A stretch of DNA of 64,000 bases from SAR324 cluster bacterium (lineage in GTDB: Bacteria > SAR324 > XYD2-FULL-50-16 > JAERRU01), in contig JAERRU010000003.1 of NCBI GenBank assembly GCA_016735295.1, positions 64,742-128,741 on the forward strand, in the 5' to 3' direction. The translations under genes were made by a program, and so were the position numbers. Shown in pieces: positions 56,571 through 64,000 of the stretch. The notes below the pieces were generated by a model. It did not search any database, was not told the origin of the DNA, and saw nothing but the letters and a program-made list of their open reading frames with translations. The first letter of the stretch is position 1; every line of letters begins with the position of its first letter.

Positions 56571-57740
56571 CTAAACTTGGTCGCCGGACTTACTAAAGTA
56601 AATAATTTTCGTGGTTATAGGCTTACTAGCATCTTTAGTGGGATAAATTAGCCTAAGATGTGCCTTATAGCTAATTTCATTTGCCCCATCAAGGATAATA
56701 AAGTTTATTTCCACTAGATTTGATTTAGCAGAAAATAATCCTAAAAATTTAGATTTAGCATTTTGTTCTCCTAAAAGGTTCACTTGTGAATCCCAATTTT
56801 GGTCTTGATTGATCGGTGTTTGATAAGGTGGAGTAATTTTTTTATGCACAAATGTTCCGATGCTCTCCGCTAAACGGAATCTATTTTCATACATCAACCT
56901 ATAACCACATTGATTTAAATTAATGCCTTGTGACCAATTTATATATTGTAAAATTATTTGCTCAGCTTTTTTTTTATCGGGAGGCAACATATTCAAATTA
57001 ATCGGGCCTATATCACACTGGCTATCAGGATTATTAAGCTTTGCCACTCTAAGTGGTAAATCAAATATTGTTTGGTCATCCTCTAAGATGTTCATCTTAT
57101 GAAAAGAAGGGATTAGCAATATTTCAGATAACACATCAATTGGGGCATTTTTAATGGTAAACAAAGGCTGTGCATTGGGATAATATTCTTGCCCTATCAA
57201 AAAATTTTCTCCAGTAACATTACTATCTTGATCCACCCAATCGGCTAATTCACCAATAAAATTGTTTATGTAGCTTGATTCAAATTCTCTATTCTCTGAT
57301 GAAGGGAACTGCTCCAAAATATTACGAAAAATGCTTATCTGACCTAAAACTACATCACTTCTAAAGTTTAAATTGATATGATTTATATAAAAAAAGCGAT
57401 CCAAACTCCTTATTTTAAATCCTTTGATTGATGATACTTGGTCGTCTTCAAAAAAATTAATCGGCACATCAGTAGGTAAATTGCCAGCAAAATAATAAAG
57501 ATGATTCGCTCCAATTTCAGAAATAGTAGCCACCGTTGCCCGCAACACCGCAATGCCTAGCCTTTCTTGGCGGAAAGACTGCCTATCATTTTCTGCTAAT
57601 TTAAGCTCAATTGATGTTTTCTCAAAACTACTCGTAATAATAAGCATAATCATGCTCATCACGCTTAGGGTTAGCAGAAGGGCGACCCCGGTTTGGAATT
57701 TATTTTTTTTAAATATCTTGTGCATTCTTTGTCTATCCAA
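56571..57740 (-). CDS. gspK: type II secretion minor pseudopilin GspK-like protein
   Basis: 389 aa. The N-terminus is pseudopilin-like (KFQTGVALLLTLSVMSMIMLII). ADWVDQDSNVTGENFLIGQEYYPNAQPLFTIKNAPIDVLSEILLIPSF matches the GspK DW.D.D...G.E..Y...N.P....EL..V.G block. It starts 2 nt after the prfC stop. Confidence 0.6.
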   Translation of the reverse strand: MDRQRMHKIFKKNKFQTGVALLLTLSVMSMIMLIITSSFEKTSIELKLAENDRQSFRQERLGIAVLRATVATISEIGANHLYYFAGNLPTDVPINFFEDDQVSSIKGFKIRSLDRFFYINHINLNFRSDVVLGQISIFRNILEQFPSSENREFESSYINNFIGELADWVDQDSNVTGENFLIGQEYYPNAQPLFTIKNAPIDVLSEILLIPSFHKMNILEDDQTIFDLPLRVAKLNNPDSQCDIGPINLNMLPPDKKKAEQIILQYINWSQGINLNQCGYRLMYENRFRLAESIGTFVHKKITPPYQTPINQDQNWDSQVNLLGEQNAKSKFLGLFSAKSNLVEINFIILDGANEISYKAHLRLIYPTKDASKPITTKIIYFSKSGDQV

Positions 57741-57742
57741 TT

Positions 57743-59362
57743 TTACGCCACTAATTTATCAGAATTATCAAAAAATTTTAAAGTAGGGTATTTATCCAAA
57801 ATATAATTTAATTCCCATTTAGATTTTGCTAAAAAAATATCTCGCTCTGCCCGATCTTTAAAAATTTGATTTGTATAATTTTCTTCAAATTCTTGTTTCA
57901 CATCAATCGTATCGGCTTTATACCATCTAGCTATTTTATAGGGTAAATTTATAAAATCGCAATCTACATTATACTCATTTAATAATCGAAACTTAATAAC
58001 CTCAAATTGTAACCGCCCTACCACACCCAAAAAATATCTGGCCTGATAAACAGATCGAAAAAGTTGCACCGCCCCCTCCTCAGATAGCTGTTGTAAGCTT
58101 TTGGTTAGTTGTTTAGATTTAAAAGAATCATTGAGCTTAATCATCGAAAAATGCTCAGGTGAAAAATGTGGCATTCCCACAAAATCTAAATTCTTTCCGG
58201 TAGTCAAACTATCTCCAATTTGAAAATTATTAGTATCCACTATGCCTATAATATCCCCTGGATATGCATCATCAAAGGATTCTCTTTGCTGAGCATTAAA
58301 AATTATGGGATTAGTCACCTTAAATTCCCTTTTTAATCGGCAATGATAGACCTTCATTCCCTTTTGAAAAACCCCGGAACAAATTCTTACAAATACTATT
58401 CTATCTCGATGATTTTTATCCATATTAGCCTGAATTTTAAATATAAATCCGCTAAAATGCTCATCATCAGGCAGCACTCTCTTAGTGGTAGTTTCTTTGT
58501 ATGCAGGCGTAGGAGCAATTTTTAAGTAGGTTAATAATAACTCTTGAATGCCAAAATTATTAATCGCTGAACCAAACATAACTGGTATTTGTTTCGCTTT
58601 TAAATAATCATCAATATCAAACCTTGTTCCCGCCATATCCAAAAGTTGCAAATCATCATGTAAATTATCAACATGATGTTTTCCTAATTCGGCAATCAAT
58701 GTTTTTGTATCGGCTAGGTTAATAATTTTCATATCTTGAGGCAGCCTTTCTTTTCCTGGAGTAAACAGCCTGATTTGTTTACTTAATCGATCATAAACCC
58801 CCTTAAACTCTTTGCCCTGCCCAATTGGCCAAGTTAATGCCACGCAATCAACTCCAAAAGCTTTTTCTATCTCCTCCATTAATTCTAAAGAATCTTTGCT
58901 TTCTCGATCTAGCTTATTGATAAATGCCACCACAGGAATTTTTCGTGAACGGCACACCTCCCACAATTTAATAGTCTGCGCTTCTAATCCCTTAGCACAA
59001 TCTATTATCATCAAGGCGCTATCAACCGCTGTTATCGCTCGGTAAGTATCTTCTAAAAAATCTTGATGCCCAGGGGTATCTAATAGATTTAATATATGAT
59101 TTTCATAAGAAAATTTTAAAACTGATGAGGTAACGCTAATGCCCCTTTGTTTTTCTATCTCCATCCAATCAGAAGTAGCGAATTTTTTCGATTTACGCGA
59201 CTTGATCGTTCCTGCCATTTGAATAGCCCCCCCAAAAAGTAAAAATTTCTCGGTAACCGTGGTTTTACCAGCGTTAGGATGGCTTATGATACAAAATGTG
59301 CGTCTTTTTTTGATTTGTTTGGCTAATATGGCCTTGTCTCTTAAAATATGAGATTGATTCAT
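57743..59362 (-). CDS. prfC: peptide chain release factor 3
   Basis: 539 aa. RTFCIISHPNAGKTTVTEKFLLFGGAIQMAGTIKSRKSKKFATSDWMEIEKQRGISVTSSV and LLDTPGHQDF are present, in the RF3 GTPase arrangement. Confidence 0.93.
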   Translation of the reverse strand: MNQSHILRDKAILAKQIKKRRTFCIISHPNAGKTTVTEKFLLFGGAIQMAGTIKSRKSKKFATSDWMEIEKQRGISVTSSVLKFSYENHILNLLDTPGHQDFLEDTYRAITAVDSALMIIDCAKGLEAQTIKLWEVCRSRKIPVVAFINKLDRESKDSLELMEEIEKAFGVDCVALTWPIGQGKEFKGVYDRLSKQIRLFTPGKERLPQDMKIINLADTKTLIAELGKHHVDNLHDDLQLLDMAGTRFDIDDYLKAKQIPVMFGSAINNFGIQELLLTYLKIAPTPAYKETTTKRVLPDDEHFSGFIFKIQANMDKNHRDRIVFVRICSGVFQKGMKVYHCRLKREFKVTNPIIFNAQQRESFDDAYPGDIIGIVDTNNFQIGDSLTTGKNLDFVGMPHFSPEHFSMIKLNDSFKSKQLTKSLQQLSEEGAVQLFRSVYQARYFLGVVGRLQFEVIKFRLLNEYNVDCDFINLPYKIARWYKADTIDVKQEFEENYTNQIFKDRAERDIFLAKSKWELNYILDKYPTLKFFDNSDKLVA

Positions 59363-59411
59363 TAACTGTAGGTGCTATTAAAAACCAGTGCTATCCTAAA
59401 TAAAAAGCACT

Positions 59412-59849
59412 TTAAGCTTTATTTATTATCTCTAGTAATGCTTGCGTAGCTAATTTATAGCCCAACACCCCAAACCCACTAATAAACCCAGCGGAAACTC
59501 CACTAAGTAAAGAATGCTTCCTAAAATCTTCCCGGCTATAAATATTAGAAATATGCACCTCTATAAAAGGAATATCATATGCAGTTAACGCATCGCGTAA
59601 AATAACTGACGTATGGGTTAATCCTCCTGGATTGATGATGACTGCTTTAGCATCGTCATGTTTTTGTAAAAAATCCAGTATCTCCCCTTCATGGTTAGAT
59701 TGAAAACAAATTAACTCTATATGCTGCTTTTTGAATATTTGGCTAATTTGCTGTTCTAAATCAGTTAACGTGGTGTGGCCATATATTTTTGGCTCTCTTT
59801 TGCCTAATAAATTCAAGTTAGGCCCATTAACTAATAAAACCTTTGTCAT
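59412..59849 (-). CDS. aroQ: type II 3-dehydroquinate dehydratase
   Basis: MTKVLLVNGPNLNLLGKREPKIYG, NPGGLTHTSVILRDAL and EVHISNIYSREDFR are present. ATG at 59849 is preferred over the upstream track start at 59876. Confidence 0.92.
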   Translation of the reverse strand: MTKVLLVNGPNLNLLGKREPKIYGHTTLTDLEQQISQIFKKQHIELICFQSNHEGEILDFLQKHDDAKAVIINPGGLTHTSVILRDALTAYDIPFIEVHISNIYSREDFRKHSLLSGVSAGFISGFGVLGYKLATQALLEIINKA

Positions 59850-59884
59850 AAAAAAAATTACCTCAATTGCCAGCAAATATTAAT

Positions 59885-60688
59885 CTAACCAAATCTCATA
59901 TCAGAAACTTGCAAAGAATGCATTATTCGTAAACCTAATTTTATCAAATTTTGCTCAGCTTTATCAGCTTCGCTTGGATCAATAAAGATATCTTTTTTTC
60001 GATTAGCGTAGGCCGTGCAAATTGCCCCCGCCCTAAAAGATTTTATCCCTGCTAACACAAATAGAGTGCTCGCCTCCATTTCCATATTGACTACCCCTAA
60101 TTTTGATAATTTATCAATCAATCCAGTCTGCCAAGGCTCATACCCACCCGCCGTCCTTTCTTGTGCTCCATAAAACCCACTACAAGTAGCAGTTATGCCC
60201 TCATGGTGCTTAATCCCCATAGAAATAGCACTTGTTAATGCCATTTGTATTATCTGATAGTGTGCCACTGCTGGATATTCTATAGGAGCAAACCAACTAC
60301 TAGTGTTTTCAAATCTCATAGCCGCAGTGGATATTATTATATCGCCAAGCTTGATGTTGGGCTGCAAAGCTCCGCAGGTGCCGATCCGTAAAAAAGTAGG
60401 CTTAGCTACGCATTGGGATAATTCTACAATCGCTATTTCTGTATTATCACAACCAATACCTGTAGCCACAACACTAATTGGGCTTTCATTATAGACACCT
60501 GTATAGGTAACATATTCACGGTGTCTTTTTTCGTAATGAATTTTATCAAAGAATTGTGCCGTTTTCTCAGCTCTAGCTGGGTCTCCACATAACAAAATAT
60601 AAGGGGCTACTTCTTGAGGAGCAACTGCTAAATGATATTGCCGACCAGTTTTGTCTTTGAGCTTTTGTGCTGATTGATAGTGTGACAT
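59885..60688 (-). CDS. nucleoside phosphorylase, PNP/UDP-1 family (uridine phosphorylase-like)
   Basis: LLCGDPARA, VATGIGCDNTEIAIVEL, RIGTCGAL and NMEMEAS are present. ATG at 60688 (MSHYQS) is preferred over the track's TTG at 60697. Confidence 0.75.
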   Translation of the reverse strand: MSHYQSAQKLKDKTGRQYHLAVAPQEVAPYILLCGDPARAEKTAQFFDKIHYEKRHREYVTYTGVYNESPISVVATGIGCDNTEIAIVELSQCVAKPTFLRIGTCGALQPNIKLGDIIISTAAMRFENTSSWFAPIEYPAVAHYQIIQMALTSAISMGIKHHEGITATCSGFYGAQERTAGGYEPWQTGLIDKLSKLGVVNMEMEASTLFVLAGIKSFRAGAICTAYANRKKDIFIDPSEADKAEQNLIKLGLRIMHSLQVSDMRFG

Positions 60689-61019
60689 ATAAACCAAAAG
60701 GATAGTTAATATTAACCCTGAGTTAGTTAACTAGGTTATCTATATTAACAATTAATACAAGTAACTAATTTTCATCATTACCAATAACGACCTATCAACT
60801 CACCGCTAAAAAGTACTAAATTTCGCCTACTTTTGCAAGCACATAAGCAAAAATAATAACTATTTCCATTATTCATCATTAGCAAGGTGATTCAATTTGT
60901 TTGGCTATACTTATGATTTAACTTGATTTGGTACTTATCTTGAATAACAGTGGAGAGTGGGATAGGTCTTATTAGTTTTATATTTAATCGCTAAAGTTTT
61001 TTTAATCATTCTAAGCCAG

Positions 61020-61649
61020 ATGTCAAAATTAATCGTCAATATAAGATATAAACATATTATCAGTGGATTACTATTGCTTGTTTTTACATGCCCTATAGCA
61101 ACCGCACAAGTAGATGTTTTTGATAATGATAGAATAAATTTATGGGAAAATGAGACTCAGCGACCAATCAATAGAGGAAATAATAATTATTATGTTCCCA
61201 ATGAAAAGACTCCCAAAGAAAAACAACTAATAATTGAAGAACCACCTCTTCAGCCCGTATCTCCAGTAGTAGAAGTATTGCCTCCTCCTAGAAGAATCCC
61301 CCCTACCGCTAAGCAGGTTTCTGCTTATTATTGGAACAGTGCTATTTATGGTGGAGCGACTGGGTTTTTAATTGGTTGCTTGTTAGCGGCGATAGGAAAA
61401 GGAAATGACCGAGACAGTGTTCGCAAGATAGGAAGTGGCTTAGTGCTAGGCAGCTTTACTGGTTTTATGGTGGGTCACTTTACTGCTAATCGGCTGGTGG
61501 CTAATAATCCTGGAAATAGGTTTAGTTTAGAGGATAGCTTGCTCCAAATTAACTCTCAAAGTTTTTATTATGGAAATATTTATAATAAAAACGGGCTAAA
61601 CGGTAATAATAATCAATTAAATTTGGCTTCAATTAATTTTGAATTTTAA
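61020..61649 (+). CDS. hypothetical secreted/membrane protein with a Pro-rich linker and a glycine-zipper-like hydrophobic region
   Basis: 209 aa. The signal-like N-terminus ends ..CPIATAQ. GGATGFLIGCLLAAIG and GSGLVLGSFTGFMVG are present. No family recognised. Confidence 0.4.
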   Translation: MSKLIVNIRYKHIISGLLLLVFTCPIATAQVDVFDNDRINLWENETQRPINRGNNNYYVPNEKTPKEKQLIIEEPPLQPVSPVVEVLPPPRRIPPTAKQVSAYYWNSAIYGGATGFLIGCLLAAIGKGNDRDSVRKIGSGLVLGSFTGFMVGHFTANRLVANNPGNRFSLEDSLLQINSQSFYYGNIYNKNGLNGNNNQLNLASINFEF

Positions 61650-61784
61650 CAAATTAGGCTAACGCTATGTGATTATTGTTTTAATTGATTAAAAAAGAAA
61701 AATATTGTATAATTCTCCACCGAGTAGGGCTTATTATATAATAGTAATGTTATTATTATTTACTACTTTACCTTTTAAAGAAAA

Positions 61785-62600
61785 ATGGCGGAAAAGTTTG
61801 ATATCCCAAAAGATGATCCAAAATCAGCAGATGCAACTAATTTAGCAGATTTAGCGGATTTTGCAGATTTTACAGATTTTGAGGATGATGATAAAAAATC
61901 GACCGACGCAAAAAACGCAGCCAATACTACAGATGCTACAGATGCTACAGATAATGCAGATACTGCAGATACTGCAGATGACGATAAAAAATCAGTCAGC
62001 TCATTAGATTTAGCCGATATTGACGCCCTATTAAGTGGTACCTTTAGCGAAAATTTAGCAGTATCTACTTCTGCCCCTGAAGGCACTAAAAATGATGAAG
62101 TTGATGCCATTACGCCTCCATCAGCACTTGATAAAACATCTGATCCAGATAAAAAACCAAAAGAACATCCAGATTTACCTACTGAAGAATCTCTCGCTTC
62201 TGTTTTTCAAGATGATTTAGCCGCTCAATTAATAGTTAAAAAAGAATCAACACCATCACCAGAAACTCCCATCACGCCCGCTCTCCCAGTAGAAGAAAAT
62301 AATAGACAACCTTTAGATGATAAACAACGAGCTTTAGAAACTCTTTTATCTTTGCCAGTTGATGTTTCGGTAATACTAGGGAGCAACAATAACAATCTTA
62401 GCATATCTGATTTACTATTGATGGGTCAAGGATCGGTAATTGAATTAGATCGATTGCTCGGTGATGATCTTGATGTATTTGTAAATAATAGACCTATCGC
62501 AAAAGGGGAGATAGTAGTGAGTAACGATTCTTTTGGGTGCAAGATAAGCCATATACTTAACCCATTTGAGAGGCTTAGGAAACTGGTTTTGAATAAATAG
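61785..62600 (+). CDS. fliN: FliN / SctQ (SpoA-domain) family protein with an acidic repeat N-terminus
   Basis: 271 aa. The C-terminus LPVDVSVILGSNNNNLSISDLLLMGQGSVIELDRLLGDDLDVFVNNRPIAKGEIVVSNDSFGCKISHILNPFERLRKL aligns closely with the E. coli FliN C-terminal domain as I recall it. Confidence 0.8.
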   Translation: MAEKFDIPKDDPKSADATNLADLADFADFTDFEDDDKKSTDAKNAANTTDATDATDNADTADTADDDKKSVSSLDLADIDALLSGTFSENLAVSTSAPEGTKNDEVDAITPPSALDKTSDPDKKPKEHPDLPTEESLASVFQDDLAAQLIVKKESTPSPETPITPALPVEENNRQPLDDKQRALETLLSLPVDVSVILGSNNNNLSISDLLLMGQGSVIELDRLLGDDLDVFVNNRPIAKGEIVVSNDSFGCKISHILNPFERLRKLVLNK

Positions 62601-62618
62601 CCTGAAGGTAGCAAAATT

Positions 62619-64000
62619 ATGAATAGTCCGATTAAACTTAGCGACCCACTCCTTGCTACCATCAAAAATCTTGAATCTAAAATAGAGGAAAATAAAAATT
62701 TCTCCGCTCCCGACATTAAAAATATCAAAAGTGCTATTAAGCGAGGGTTATATTGGCATAATAATCAAACTAGAGACACAGGAGGCCATTACTTCATTCA
62801 CCCAGTTAGAATAGCTATTAGATGCTTGGATTTTGGTGCTGATTGCCCTTTGATTTGCGCTGCCTTGTTGCATGATGTTTTAGAGGATACTACAGCTGAT
62901 TACCCCACAATAGAAAATGAATTTGGAGAAGAGGTAGCTAAATTAGTTAAAGCCTTGACTAGATTTAAAAAAGAAGAAAGATCTATCTCGGCAGATCGGA
63001 TATTTAGGCTAGCTCAAAGGGATTTAAGGGTGCTACTCATTAAGATTATGGATCGATTAGATAATCTATTAGATTTAAAATTTTTATCACGATCCAGACA
63101 AAGAAAAAAAGCTACTGAATCAATAATTTACGCCGCTGTGGCTGAAGGGATTGGTCTTAAAAGCTTAGCTGATGAATTTCGTAATCAAGCTTTTAGCGTT
63201 TTATATCCCCTTAATTATTCCCGGGTAATGAAGGAAATAGAAAAAATTTGTTATTCCAACCAGCCTTTATATAATAAAGTAAAGAATTCACTCTGGAGCA
63301 CTTTAGGCACTGAGACTTGTCGTAATATCGACTATGAGCTAAAGGAGCCTTACGATTTTTTGGATCCTAATTGCCATATTATTAATATTTTACGAAATTT
63401 CACCTTATTAGTGGATAATGTTTTGGATTGCTACCATGTGTTAGGCATTTTGCACACTAATTTAAAAACACTTCCATTAAGATTTCATGATTACCTGACC
63501 AACCCATTAGCCAATGGATTATCTGGGCTGGAAACTACTGTTATTTGCCATGGATTGAAGGTACAAATTTGGATTACTACTACCCATTTACATGCTAAAA
63601 ATAAACGAGGGATTTTTAATTTAATTAGTAAAAAAATCTATAATAGCGAGCAACATCAAAGATTTATTGAAGAATTTGCTGAATTATTTTCAGAAAAAAA
63701 TCTAGATCTAGAAGATATATTTAGATCCCAGAAAAATCCGCTAAATGTGATAAAGTGGCGCTCACCATCGGAAAATTATTTCCAAGTTTCTACGCCTAAA
63801 GGAAAAATTTTACAGATGTATTATGGCTCTACCGTGCTTGATTTTGCGTTTGCCATCCATTCAGAAATTGGGCTTACTTGCATTGGGGCAATTATTAATG
63901 AAAGCTACCGGGTGGAATCTTCTTATTTGTTACAAGAGGGAAATATTGTAGAAGTTTTGACTGAAAAAAATGCTACTCCCGACGAAAGTTGGCTTAAAAA
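62619..64000 (+). CDS. RelA/SpoT homologue (long RSH), 5' 460 codons; runs off the right window edge
   Basis: Not in the ORF track because it has no stop in the window. My translation from ATG 62619 is MNSPIKLSDP.... The HD domain is HYFIHPVRIA..AALLHDVLEDT..IKIMDRLDNL. The central synthetase-like region has altered motifs. The TGS-like part is FQVSTPKGKILQMYYGSTVLDFAFAIHSEIG. Confidence 0.8.
   Translation, partial: MNSPIKLSDPLLATIKNLESKIEENKNFSAPDIKNIKSAIKRGLYWHNNQTRDTGGHYFIHPVRIAIRCLDFGADCPLICAALLHDVLEDTTADYPTIENEFGEEVAKLVKALTRFKKEERSISADRIFRLAQRDLRVLLIKIMDRLDNLLDLKFLSRSRQRKKATESIIYAAVAEGIGLKSLADEFRNQAFSVLYPLNYSRVMKEIEKICYSNQPLYNKVKNSLWSTLGTETCRNIDYELKEPYDFLDPNCHIINILRNFTLLVDNVLDCYHVLGILHTNLKTLPLRFHDYLTNPLANGLSGLETTVICHGLKVQIWITTTHLHAKNKRGIFNLISKKIYNSEQHQRFIEEFAELFSEKNLDLEDIFRSQKNPLNVIKWRSPSENYFQVSTPKGKILQMYYGSTVLDFAFAIHSEIGLTCIGAIINESYRVESSYLLQEGNIVEVLTEKNATPDESWLK

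Noticed and set aside
61775-62110. Minus-strand 111-aa ORF rich in Ser/Ala/Val repeats
   Set aside because: It is the antisense of the acidic repeat region of the FliN-family gene, whose C-terminal domain validates the + frame.
1-64000. A search for tRNA, rRNA, tmRNA or RNase P RNA, and for transposases, integrases, phage genes, restriction-modification systems, toxin-antitoxin pairs or known defence-system genes
   Set aside because: None was recognised in any ORF translation or intergenic region. Intergenic regions are short and mostly occupied by promoters and terminators. Scans with tRNAscan-SE, Infernal, and DefenseFinder or PADLOC would be the decisive checks.

Overview
The window is an AT-rich, densely coding bacterial chromosomal segment; hand-counted lines ranged from about 22% to 55% G+C, and most were near one third. 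All calls come from reading the supplied translations and the DNA by eye. No searches or computations were run.

Content is mostly housekeeping:
- gltB-gltD, a sugar-phosphate nucleotidyltransferase, coaBC, a HelD-like helicase, hemF, thyA and alaS
- an MsbA-like ABC exporter, then rpmH-rnpA-yidD-yidC (rpmH is absent from the ORF track)
- a DksA/TraR-type zinc finger, galE, polA, a HAD-IIA hydrolase and long-form ispG
- thiBPQ under a TPP riboswitch, trpE-trpG, ilvA, rsmE, gatB and lnt
- a TAXI-TRAP transporter and a CUT1 (glucose/mannose-like) sugar ABC transporter
- a histidine kinase/OmpR-type regulator pair with a divergent CpxP/Spy-like LTXXQ gene
- iclR, prfC, aroQ, a nucleoside phosphorylase, a FliN-family gene and a partial RelA/SpoT homologue that runs off the right edge

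lnt, the GspC-like and GspK-like genes and a long YidC point to a diderm host.

I saw no rRNA, tRNA, CRISPR array, transposase, integrase, phage gene or obvious defence island. I cannot point to a clear novel multi-gene system. The items most worth a second look are:
1. A sharp gene-orientation switch at about 15.5-18.2 kb next to rpmH-rnpA-yidD-yidC, with AT-rich repeats and two 9-mer tandem arrays but no dnaA. This may be an origin neighbourhood.
2. A HelD-type helicase in a diderm context.
3. A tandemly duplicated noncoding element of about 80 bp between the dksA-like gene and galE.
4. The kinase/regulator pair with its divergent LTXXQ gene, which carries a 29-aa Gly/Arg-rich tandem repeat, plus operator-like repeats in the shared intergenic region.
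5. Isolated GspC-like and GspK-like genes.
6. An isolated FliN-family gene with an acidic repeat and an EIDALL-like peptide, immediately upstream of a RelA/SpoT homologue whose synthetase motifs look degenerate.
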